Origin: Paraspadella gotoi
Lineage: Eukaryota; Animalia; Chaetognatha
NCBI GenBank assembly: GCA_051294375.1
Contig: CM119265.1
Span: 6,581,489-6,645,488 of the forward strand
DNA: 64,000 bases
Reading direction: 5' to 3'
The position numbers and the translations under genes are program-made. Below are positions 47,084 to 58,280 of this stretch, one piece after another (the stretch's first letter is position 1; every line of letters starts with the position of its first letter). The notes under the pieces were generated by a model. The model did not search any database and had not been told where the DNA came from. It saw only the letters and a program-made list of their open reading frames with translations.

Positions 47084-49181
47084 ATGGAGTCGCCGCCATC
47101 TCAAGCCGCTGAGGCTTCGGCCGAAACCTCGAGCTCCACCGAGGCTGCGCAGCCTTCCAAATGGCTTGACGCCCACTATGATCCCATAGCCGGCCTGTAC
47201 ACATTCTCCCAGTGTATGACACTGGCCGATATCTACGCCGACGGCGATTACAAATTGGTCATCGCCGACCTCGGCAACGGACTGACGAACATGAAGCTAA
47301 AGGTCTTTAAAGGAACAACAATGATTCAGCAGAACACTATCATCGATCTTCCGACGGGCGTCTGCTCCTTCTTCATGGACGCCAACGAACCGAAGACTCC
47401 TGCCGTTGCGGTCGCTTCTGGGCCCTTCATCTATGTTTACAAGAACCTGCGTCCCTACTTTAAGTTCACCCTACCGTCCCTACCTGTCAACCAGCTGGAG
47501 CAGGATTTGTGGAATCAAGTCCGGGAGGACCAAATAGACGTCAACATCCTGAGGGAGATGTTGGACGGAATTCGTCAAGACGGTAGCCAGGGCACCCTGA
47601 CCGTCAGATCGCTAAAATTTCTCCAGGTTGGACGAAGGCCTTTTTTCTTTCATCATATTTTAATTTTTAAAAAGTTTCTTTTTGTTAAACTGGAAATGTT
47701 TGTAGCTTCACCCCGAGGGATTAGAGTCTTTCGCCAACACATACAAGCACGCACCGCTCAAAAAACAGACTGTCATCACCTGCCTACAAACACTAAAAAA
47801 GTCGATGGCCGACGACGACGCTATAAGTTGCCTAGTTTTGGGAACGGAGAGTCAATCAATTTACATTCTGGACCCCGAGGTTATTATAATTGTTTTTTTG
47901 TATGAAATTTTCATTAACTTGAATTTTTCTTAATTAGAATTAATAACGATAATAATTACAAACACTATTTCTTAGGCCTTCACCGTTTTGTCAACTATGA
48001 CACTTCCTTCGGTTCCTGTGCTGCTCCACGTTTCCGGTTTATACGACGTTGAATTTCGCGTTATCGTCGCCTGTCGCAATGGCGGCGTTTATGTCGCGCG
48101 TCGAGGCCAAACCAGTGGGAAATTATTGTTTTCGCTAAATGCTCAGGCTGTGGGACTCGACAAGGTCAATAAGACAATAGTCGTCGCTTGTATGGATCAG
48201 TCGCTGCAAGGCTACAGTACCAAAGGGAGGTGAGGACACTGCTCAATTTCTTTAGGAGCAACAATGAAACGCGAGATTAATTAAGTCTTTTAGGTCGCTT
48301 TGGTCTGTAAATCTTCCGGCCAAAGTTCTGTCCATGGCGCCTATGGATTATTCTCAACGAGGTTACCAAGCCGTTTTAGTTGGTCTGGCCAATTGCGAGG
48401 TTCACATATACAACGAAAAATTTCTCGTTCACAGCATGAAGACAGAGGATCTCGTGACAGGTTCGTCATTTGTCGGAGATTTTAACTCGTCTTGTGTTCA
48501 TGGTTCATTCCTTTTTTTTCAGGTATAAGGTTCGGTCAATTCGGTCGCGAATCCAGCGCCCTCATCCTCACGACTCGCGGAGGCGGACTTTCCATCAAAA
48601 TCCTCAAACGTAACGCGACGTTCGAGGGCCGAGAGTCCGCTCTCGGGCCACCCGCCGCTCAGAGCTCACGCCTCAACGTCCCTAAGAAGACAAAACTGTT
48701 TGTGGATCAAACGATGCGTGAGCGTCAAAACTGTATCTCCATGCATCGTCGCTTCCAGCAAGATCTTTACCTCTTGCGTCTCAAGACGGCGCGAGAATAT
48801 TGCAAGACGTTGGACACGTCGCTGACGCCCGTCAGCACCAACGCATCGGACCCTTTAAAGCTTTCGGCACAGATTCAAGGCATCGGACCAACGTTCAAGC
48901 TGACCGTCTCTATACAGAACACCAGCTTGACAGCTCCCTCCATGGGCCTAGCCATTTCTTTCGGCTACGACGACTCACTTTACCAACTGCAAGATACCTT
49001 TTTAAAACTCCCTATGCTAGTACCGGGCCTCAATTACGCGTTCGAGACTTTCGTCGAAAGCATCAGCGATAAAGGTGTCGCGGATACGATCAAAGTGTTT
49101 GTACTCAAGGATCAAAGCTCTGCGCCACTCATCACGGCAATGATAAACATGCCCGTCTCGGAAACCGTAGTCGTTGTATAA
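47084..49181 (+). CDS. BBS1: Bardet-Biedl syndrome 1 protein (BBSome), 5 exons
   Basis: SKWLDAHYDPIAGLYTFSQC, LADIYADGDYKLVIADLG, YVYKNLRPYFKFTLP, LNVPKKTKLFVDQTMRER, LITAMINMPVSE. Confidence 0.97.
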
Positions 49182-49404
49182 CTCTGTACACTCAGATATT
49201 CTTTCTCACTTCATTTTTGTTAAAAGAAAAAAATTCTTTTATACAACGTTTCGTTTTATAAAAACGAAGTCGGTAAACAAAAGATCACCCAATTTTGCCC
49301 ACCACTCTAGTCACATTTAAAATCCTTAGCTTTTTTCAAACAGAAATTAAATTACAACTACTGTACCAAATTCCATAAAAACATTATCGAGAAAAATATT
49401 TAAA

Positions 49405-49887
49405 ATGACAAGCTACCGAGCTGCCGATTCGAAGCGTGAGGAGTTCCGGAAATATCTCGAGAAAGCGGGAGTCTTGGACGCCCTTACCAAGGTTCTCGTC
49501 GGCCTGTACGAAGAACCGGAAAAAGTGAGATTCTCTTCGAGAAATAAAAAATAGAAAAAAGATTAATAATTAGTCACGATTTGGAATGATAACGGCGATT
49601 TTCCCACCTTAGCCGAACAATGCTCTGGACTTTCTGCGCCAGCATTTGGGTGCGACTCCGGACACGGCAGACGTGGAGGCCCTGAAGCTCGAAGTCACAG
49701 AGTTGAGGAACAAGGTCAACGTATTATATTTATAATTTACCAATAGAAATCTCATCTTTGAACGGTTCGGTGACTTTAAATTCATCCTATATTTTAGGTG
49801 GAGCAACTGAGTGACGAAAACGCGGACCTTCGCGCTAAACTTCAGCAATACGAGCCCCCGGCTGACGATGCCCCGCCCGCTGAATAA
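49405..49887 (+). CDS. MYCBP: c-Myc-binding protein (AMY-1/FAP174; axonemal component), 3 exons
   Basis: MTSYRAADSKREEFRKYLEKAGVLDALTKVLVGLYEEPEK-PNNALDFLRQHLG. Confidence 0.95.
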
Positions 49888-50453
49888 GTCGACTTTAATT
49901 TTGTTTCTTTTGATTATTTTTCCGACGCTCGGAAGCCAATTTTGCCGTCATCGCTCATGTATAATATAGACGTAGTGATTCTTATTGCCTCAGCTTAGCG
50001 TTCAAGTACGAGTATATATTCATGTTAAGAAAACCAAAGTGAAACGTGTTCTGTACAATGGAGGATTTTGACCTTAATCGCCCATAAAGTTCCTTTATTA
50101 ATACCGAATCATGTTTCGATAAACAATCCTTATTGCTTATGAAAAACTGATCAAGTTCAGTTTTATTGTAAGGTAGTAATATAATTTGCTGGGAAAACTT
50201 TTAATAAATTATATCGTGTGAAAAGACTTTATAACTTTAATTTATGAAATTGCTATTTTTGAAATTTATTTTATGGTAGTACATAATATTTCTTGTTGCT
50301 TCCATTTTTTCTCTCAAGGTCGCAATACTATTAGGATTTGTATTTTTTTCTCTTCAACTTCAACTTAAATATATTTAACGTCCATAATATTGCCATACAA
50401 TAAAACCTATTATTGCTTCGAAAGGTTTTCTTTTTTTTTCGCGCATAGTTTAA

Positions 50454-52826
50454 ATGGTTCCTAAGAGAGAGATGGACCCCGTTTTTCTGGCATACAGTTG
50501 CTTCAGGCGCAGAAAGTTCGAGGACTGCGTGAGGCTATGCACAGACGTGCTTGATAGAAATCCATACGACCAGGTTAGCGTTTCGATATGCGTTCTTTGT
50601 ATGTAAAACTACAACAGTGTTTTATGACAGGCCGTTTGGGCGTTAAAAACGCGTGCCCTTACGGAGCAAGTTTACGTGGACGAAGTGGAAAACGACGAAG
50701 AGGGTATCGCCGAAATGTTGATGGACGACAACTCCGTCTCATCGGTAATCTTTGTTGTTGTAGTGGTTAATTTTTTATTATAACTAAATTGAAATAACAA
50801 ATGATATGCTCTACTTTTTTGTGATCGTTGAGGATTCTTTTATTATCTTGTCACCTGTTGAAGCGCAGATTGCCCGACCTGGGACGAGTCTGAAGACTGC
50901 GCAAGGCCGTCGTCCCGGAACCACGGGACCCTCTCAGGGAGTCCGACCGATTTCTTCTTCCGGTCGCCCTCTCAGCGGTTTTGTCAGACCAGGCACTCAG
51001 GGAGCCAACAGGCCTTCCACCATGGAACAGGCCATCAGGTTGAAAGGGGTACTTTTACTATAATTATTTAATTAGTAAAAAATTGTCTGAAATTAACATG
51101 TTACACGTGAAAAAAACGCTAAAAGAAAGACTCTTTTAATAAGGGCGCCACGTACTGCGCACACAGCACGACCCGTGACTTCGGCCTCCGGGCGATTCGT
51201 TCGCCTTGGGACGGCATCAATGTTGTCAAATCCCGATGGACCTTTTATCAATTTGGCCAGACTCAATCTTGCCAAGTACGCCGCAAGACCACAGGTAAAA
51301 AAGGATTTGAATGAGGCCACAGAAAATGGCTAAAAATAAAGATTTTATTTTATTCTAGTTGGCCAAAGCATTGTTCGAATATATTCTTTATCACGAAAAC
51401 GATGTCAGAAACGCCCTAGATCTCGCTGCGAAGGCGACGGAGGCTTCGGTTTTCAAAGATTGGTGGTGGAAAGTTCAATTGGGTAAGGCGGTTGAATTTT
51501 CCTTGCACCATTGCGCTATTGCGCTAAATATTTTTTCAAATTTAGGAAAATGTTATTATCGTTTGGGTCTTTTTCGCGAGGCAGAGCAGCAATTCAAATC
51601 CGCAATGAAGCAACAGAATATGTTGGACACTGTTTTGTTACTGTCGAAAGTTTACGTCCGTTTGGACCAACCGTTAACTGCCATCGATGTTTTCAATGAG
51701 GTAAACAGTTTTAATTTCGAAATTGTGGAATTAAATTAAAACAAAAAAAATAATTAAAGCTATTTTTTTATTTTTTGTTCAGGCATTAGACATTTTTCCC
51801 AATGATGTCAACCTTTTGACGGGAATCGCTCGTATTTATGAAGGCTTGGATGATTTGGCAAAGTCAGTAAAATGTTACAAAGAGGTGTTGCAACAAGTAA
51901 GTTTACGTATTAGTTGACAATTTTAGAATATAATAAATAATATTAGTTTTATTATTATAATTAGCAATTATAATCTTTAGGATTCCACTCATATCGAGGC
52001 CATTGCCTCATTGGGAACCAATCATTTTTACTCTGACCAACCAGAGGTTGCTCTCAGATTTTACAGAAGGCTTCTACAGATGGGAGTCTACAATACAGGT
52101 TTTGTTCATTAATAGTTAGTTTTGATTATTATACGTAGTTTTTCTTACCTAATCATTAGAACTCTTCAACAACTTGGGTCTGTGTTGTTTTTACGCTCAA
52201 CAATACGACATGTCGCTAACATGTTTCGAGCGAGCTCTTTCCCTTGCAACTGACGAAACCGTGGCTGATGTTTGGTATGTTTTTCTATCTCACCTGATCT
52301 TAGTAGCCAAAACTGAATCAAAAATTGTTTACCTCTTTTTTAGGTACAACATCAGTCATATCGCTGTCGGCATAGGTGACCTTGCGTTGGCTTATCAGTG
52401 TCTCCGACTAGCTATTAGCGTCACCAATGATCACGCTGAAGCTCATAACAACTTAGGTAGCAAGTACTGTGAGTAAACTCATTTGCGAATTATGATATAT
52501 TGTTGTAAATTTATGTAAAGGAGTGTTGGAGATAAAAAAGGATCATGTGGAAGCTGCAAGAGGCTTCTTTCAAACGTCGTCTTCTTTAAACCCACATCTC
52601 TACGAACCACAAGTACTGTGTGTGTTTACTCGGGCGAATTAATTATAGTAGTATAATTTTATTATACTTTTTTATTTTTAAGTTTAATTTCGGATTGCTG
52701 GCCAATCAAATCGGGGATCTTCAATCATCTTTCAACTCGATCAAAAAGTCCCAAGAACTTTACGGGGATCACAAAGATTCCATCGATCTCATGACCCAAT
52801 TAAAGAAACATTTTGCCATGATGTGA
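50454..52826 (+). CDS. TTC8: TPR protein TTC8/BBS8 (BBSome), many short exons
   Basis: FRRRKFEDC..NPYDQAVWALKTRALTEQVYVDE, IARPGTSL, SGRPLSGFVRPGT, ARPVTSASGRFVRLGTASM, KDWWWKVQLGKCYYRLG, NNLGLCCFYAQQYDM. Confidence 0.97.
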
Positions 52827-52954
52827 TTCTTCTGATCACTCCATGTTTCTGTCACTACTAACTAGTCAAATAGTTATCAATTTTGTCAATGTTGTCACTT
52901 TCTCTAACTTATTACATCTTAGTTGTCTTGGAACCTATCCTACGTTTTGAAAGG

Positions 52955-54688
52955 ATGTTTCCCGACTCTAATCGTCTGATGGTTAAGTGTTTTGAAGAGG
53001 ATCACGGAGTGTTTCGTCTTTCTGACTGTTTGGCGCGGATAGTGGGTCTCGTCTCTCGTTCAGAAGCCTGTTGGTCGGAAATACGCGATGCGTACGAGGC
53101 CTACCACGAACGAGTTGGAACTTGCTCCGCCCTCGACGCCCTTCTCATTAACGCCTTTTTAAGCGTCGCATCTCATGGTTTCGGATCCAATATCCCGGCC
53201 AACATCATATCCAAGTGGTTGTTTCAAGCCGCAAAGCTTTTCTCGCATCGAATATATTGCAAGGACTTCTGGCTATCTTGCGAGAATTTTTTAGAACAGC
53301 ACCGCGTTGGCAATGACGACGACGACGACAACAAAGAAAACGCTTACGACAACGCTGAAAGCAAATTTAACTTTTTCGATTATAAAACATCATCTGCAAA
53401 ACTTAATGAAAATAATATATCAGACAACCAAAAAAGCAAAACGGTCGAAGGTGATCCGGAAGATGAGTTCGACCACTTATTCAGCGGAGACGTCAAGACT
53501 CAGCCATCCCTCTTAAAACCAATCGCTAAAAACAAAATACGAAATTTTGAATTATTGAAAACAATTCCTTCGAAAAACCCGAGTAATCTTTTTGAACATT
53601 CTGCCTTTCATCAGCGAAGTCGCCATTTAGTCGCGGAGACGGCCTCGCTAAACGTTGTGTCTTTTGTTCGCGACCTCGGCACTCGACTCGATCCTGACGA
53701 TGAAATGAAATTATCGTCTGACGTCGTCGCCAAATTTCTGAACCCCAACATGACGGGCGCCGATCTTTCTCTACTTTGCAATTTTTCGTCAATGGTTCGC
53801 CTCGAGCCTCTCGTCGGTGTCCCTTCCGGTCACTCGCGCGTCGTCGACGGAATCGTTTTGAGACTCGATGGTGACGTCGATTCGGGACAAAAACGCGCCG
53901 TTCTCTTCGCCGGCGATTTCACTTTCACTTACACCCATCTCGGCTTCAAGAAGAATCTCAACTCGGCCGCCATCGTCTTCAAAAACCCCTCTCAAGAATC
54001 ATTGACCGAACATTCGGGAAAAGAGAAATGGCTGTCGCGTACTCAGAACTTAATCGAAAAGCTTCGAATAGGTCTCGTCGTGTGCAAAGGCAACATAGAT
54101 TTCAATCTCAAGAGTTTCTTCGCGCAACGGAGGATCGGTTTCGTCGAAAACGTAGGATCGGAAAAATACCGGCTACTCGCGAAACATCTCTCTTCGCGGC
54201 CGATAACTTACGCCACCACTGAACAAATGAACTTTTCCGCGATCGGTGTCGTTTCGCTGTCAAAAATCCAAACCAACTCACTTTTTCCCCATCTTTACGC
54301 TGTATCATCCACTAATAACGCACCACCGTCTTTTGTTTCCGCGCTAGTCTGCGCCCCGAGCGATGCGTGGAGCGAGCTTCGCTGTGACCGAGTCTCTCAC
54401 GCCCTCCGTCGGTGGGAACTGTTTTTCGAAGACGGCGGTCTGGTCTGTGATGCGCGTGCGTTGCTCTCGGCCTTTCGTCAAAGCCTCGACGCCTTCGACG
54501 ATGAGATGGGATACTCTCGAGATCTGGCCGACGTCATGCGGTGTCAAATGGAGTCTTTGCTTGAGGGAGACTCCTTGGAGAATTGTCATTTGAACAAATT
54601 TGTCGTCGAGAGGCTGTTGGAACTTTCCGCTGTAATCGCGGATTTTTCGTTGACCGTTTCGCCAGAATGTGTTAATTCCAGTTTTTGA
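52955..54688 (+). CDS. BBS12: Divergent chaperonin-like BBS protein, most like BBS12; single exon
   Basis: Chaperonin apical-like region SRVVDGIVL..AVLFAGDFTFTYTHLGFK..KWLSRTQNLIEKLRIGLVVCKGNI, recalling the BBS12 GDLTENYRHLGF motif. Intronless. First ATG after the acceptor at 52922. Confidence 0.72.
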   Translation: MFPDSNRLMVKCFEEDHGVFRLSDCLARIVGLVSRSEACWSEIRDAYEAYHERVGTCSALDALLINAFLSVASHGFGSNIPANIISKWLFQAAKLFSHRIYCKDFWLSCENFLEQHRVGNDDDDDNKENAYDNAESKFNFFDYKTSSAKLNENNISDNQKSKTVEGDPEDEFDHLFSGDVKTQPSLLKPIAKNKIRNFELLKTIPSKNPSNLFEHSAFHQRSRHLVAETASLNVVSFVRDLGTRLDPDDEMKLSSDVVAKFLNPNMTGADLSLLCNFSSMVRLEPLVGVPSGHSRVVDGIVLRLDGDVDSGQKRAVLFAGDFTFTYTHLGFKKNLNSAAIVFKNPSQESLTEHSGKEKWLSRTQNLIEKLRIGLVVCKGNIDFNLKSFFAQRRIGFVENVGSEKYRLLAKHLSSRPITYATTEQMNFSAIGVVSLSKIQTNSLFPHLYAVSSTNNAPPSFVSALVCAPSDAWSELRCDRVSHALRRWELFFEDGGLVCDARALLSAFRQSLDAFDDEMGYSRDLADVMRCQMESLLEGDSLENCHLNKFVVERLLELSAVIADFSLTVSPECVNSSF

Positions 54689-55214
54689 AAAATGATATTT
54701 TTTTAATATCCGTATATCGGTATGTTGCTATCTCATTCAGCTATATATGTAGTATATTCCATCATGGGATAACTTTACAATTCGACGTCCGCAACCAACA
54801 TTATATTATTATATTATATATTATATTATTATATATATTATTATATTAACTACTACCGGTCATTAAATTTTGTTTCAGCGTTGTTTCAGTTTGCGCTGTA
54901 ATACAATTTTTTTTATTTCTTCATTTATAAAATTGGTATTACCAATATAAAAATTATTTATTTATTTAATAAATAAGCTATTTTGCCCCTGATTTTGGAC
55001 ACTCTTACAAGATATAACATAACAGGTCCCTGCAAGCTTTCAATCAAAACTCTCTCTTTATTCACTCCCAGAGTACCTGGCTTGTTTATAAATGAAGTGG
55101 TATAATATTTCAAAGTATGTTTCAATTGTATGAAAAGACATCTCCTTTTTAAAGTATATGATCGATAGATAAGATTAGACTTATTAAATTTTATGTTTTT
55201 TAAATGGATAGTAA

Positions 55215-55400
55215 TTGGGTTTTGGGTGGTTAGGATTAGGGGTGGTTAGTATTAGGGGTAGTAATAAAAAGTTTTTCTACCCTTACCAATGTTTTTTTTT
55301 GTTTTTGTTTTTGTTTATTGAGATTTTTATATATCATTCATAACAAGCGAAAAACAAATAACCGACCACAAAATCCGGATCGGCGAATGTACAATTTAGC
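55215..55400. mobile_element. Partial copy of the TAACCC/GGGTTA MITE family
   Basis: GGGTTA-like interior and end CCGGATCGGCGAATGTACAATTTAGC. Confidence 0.45.
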
Positions 55401-55566
55401 TCCATCATGAACCATATTACTTTAATATTATATTTTTTATGTTTTTTTCCAGTGAATATAGAATTTTGTTACAGAAACTTAAAGCTTACTAGTAATTAAT
55501 CAACGTCACCGCACCTTATTTATCGCATCATTTATTTAATAACGCCAAAGAGAATCCCCTTCAAAA

Positions 55567-58028
55567 ATGGCAGCTCCGCCTCCTCCAGAGCGCAAAAAGA
55601 TCTTCATCAATGACGTTGATGAGTACCTTGGAAAGTTCTTGTCCAAGTGGTTGTCTCGCGTGGCGCCGGGCGACACTCTCAAAGGCGCGGGCGAAGGCGA
55701 GGGTGACGAGGATGAGGCGCCGCCCGTGGAAGTTGGCGAGGACGGCGTCAATTTAAACGCTTTCATCGTCGTCGGAACACTGATTGACCCGGAGAGCAAG
55801 AAACCGGAATGGGTGACCGAGATCGTGGACAAGAACAACCCTCAAGAATACGCGACCGCCCTGGAGGAGGCCGATATCATTATCTACAACATCGTTGAGA
55901 GCGCGGACAACATCGAACCGGCGCTGGACATCGTCCGAACGCTGAGCACGGAGGGGGCCACTGCCATCGTCAAAAACCGAATCTTTATCATGGTCTCGAC
56001 GGTGTTGACGTGGGCGCGAAGCAAGCCGCTCGATCCAGATGACCCGGAAATTCCCTTCACCGACGACGACTATCGGAGAAGGAAGCCGCATTTGGTAAGA
56101 AGATGTTTGTTTTGTCGAATCGATATTTTTTTGACTACACGGATATTAATCTGACATTGATAAAACAAAATTTATGTTTTGTAATTCGTTTAACTCGTAT
56201 TTCGCCAATATTTTTTTCTTCCTTAAAAACAAGCAGCTTTTTTTTCTCTAGAACTTCAAAGAGCATTGCGCCGCGGAAAAGTTGGTAGTGAAGATTGGAA
56301 AGTCGAATAAAAATAAATTGGCCACTTATGTCGTCGCCGCCGGCCTCGTCTACGGATGCGGCGAGGGAGTCTTTCACTTCTTCTTCAAAGAGGCCTGGAA
56401 CAACGCCACTGTCCTCCCCATTTTTGGCGATGGCACCAACGTGCTTCCGGGCATTCACGTCAGCGACCTAGCCCAGATCTTGCACAACGTGATAGACCAG
56501 AAGCCGAAGACTCGCTACATAGTGGCTGTCGACGACTCGCAAAATACCCTCGAGGAGATCGTCAAGGCCGTCAGCGACTCGCTCACCACCGGCAAAGTCG
56601 TCAAGATGCCCAAAGAAGAAGCGTCGCTGATCAAAGGAGTGACCCAGATGGAGTTGGACATGCTCCTCGTTAATTTGAGGATGGAGAGCGTGTTCGTCAA
56701 GGAAAACTTTCGCGTGATGTGGGTGTCGGAGTCCGGGCTGGCTGCCAACATCGTCAGCATTGTCAAGGAGTACAGATTCACCAGACAGCTTCTGCCGATT
56801 CGCCTCTGCATTCTGGGACCCCCGGCGGTCGGAAAATCATCCGTCGCTAAGCATCTTTGCGAACATTACAAGTTACATCATATTCACTTGAAGGACGTTA
56901 TCGACTCGGCTATTGCACGAGTCGAGCAAAGCGCTAACAACGCCCTGGAAGGTGATTTTTCAAAATTTATTTAAAAAAAATCGTTGTTTGTTATCTATAA
57001 AAATATAAATTTATCTTTTGTTTTGTTGTTGTTGATCGCAGACTCAATTCAAGTTTGTACCATTATAATAGAATTTATCCATTATAATAGTATTTTCAAA
57101 GACATTGTAAATCTTATAAACTCCAGGGACGGATCAGGAGGAGAACGAGGACGACACCGCGGCCGAGGATGCCGAATTGTTGGAGGCTCTCAAAGCCAAC
57201 ATCGACGAGAACAACGGCCGCCTCGACGACGGATTCGTCGTTCGTTTTGTCCGACACAAGCTGATGTCGCCGCCGTGTCAAAACCAGGGGTTCGTCCTCG
57301 ACGGCTACCCGAAAACCCTGGCCCAGGCCAAGGAGCTCTTCACTTCTGCCGATGACGACATAGACCCCGAGGATGCTGATAAGCCCTTGTACGAGACCCG
57401 TATTATGCCGGAGATGGTCGTCAACCTCGAGGCGCTCGACGAGTTCCTCAAGGAGCGAGTCATGGCGCTGCCCGAGAACGTGGTCCACGGGACACACAAC
57501 ACTGAGGAGGGTCTTCTACGTCGCTTGGCCCAATACCGCGCCGACAACACGGAAGACGAAACCGTCCTCAATTACTTTGACGAATTCGAGATTCACCCGG
57601 AAAACTTTGACGCCACCAAGGACCCCACCGACGACATGAGCTTCACCGCCCAAGAGATCATCCGTTTGCTAGGCGCGCCTCGAAACTACGGCCCGACAGC
57701 GGAAGAGATCGAGGAGCAAAAACGTCTGGCGATGGAGGCCCGTTTGAGACGTGAACGAGAGGAAGAGGAGGAGCGGCAGAGAAAGGAGGCGGAGGAGCTG
57801 TTAGAGCGAAGGAAGAACGAAGAGATGTGGGCGGCCAAGTTGCAAGAAGTTAAGCGCCAAGAGTACGAGCAACTGGAGACCCGGTCGGTGCCACTGAGAA
57901 ATTATCTCATGAAGCACGTGATGCCAACGTTAACGCAAGGTCTGGTCGAATGCTGCAAGGTCCGACCGGACGATCCTGTGGATTATTTGGCAGAGTTTCT
58001 ATTCAAGCACAATCCTCAAGTGGATTAA
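55567..58028 (+). CDS. AK7: Adenylate kinase 7 (ciliary), 3 exons (approx. 55567-56094, 56251-56951, 57128-58028)
   Basis: STVLTWARSKPLDPDDPEIPFTDDDYRRRKPH, P-loop ILGPPAVGKSS, CQNQGFVLDGYPKT, PRNYG, C-terminal Dpy-30 motif PLRNYLMKHVMPTLTQGL..RPDDPVDYLAEFL. Confidence 0.96.
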
Positions 58029-58280
58029 TGCTCAATTTTATTGTTTGTAATTTGTAACTCATGGAAATCACGTTTTAGTATTTTAATGTCACTGATTGCA
58101 CTGATATATTCTAGTCATCCCAAGGCTGAAGTTTATGATCAGTTTGATCACTTGCATGTCGATTTTACTGATAAAATACAAGCATTTAACGATAGGTTTT
58201 AACCGATTATGTGGTGAAACTAAATTATTTTTACTTTTTTTTTTTTCAGTTTTATTTTTAAAATTAAAAATATATTGACA

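Noticed and set aside
52883-52954. N-terminal extension of the BBS12-like ORF in the ORF track
   Set aside because: It begins at a TTG and spans the putative acceptor. The first ATG is at 52955.
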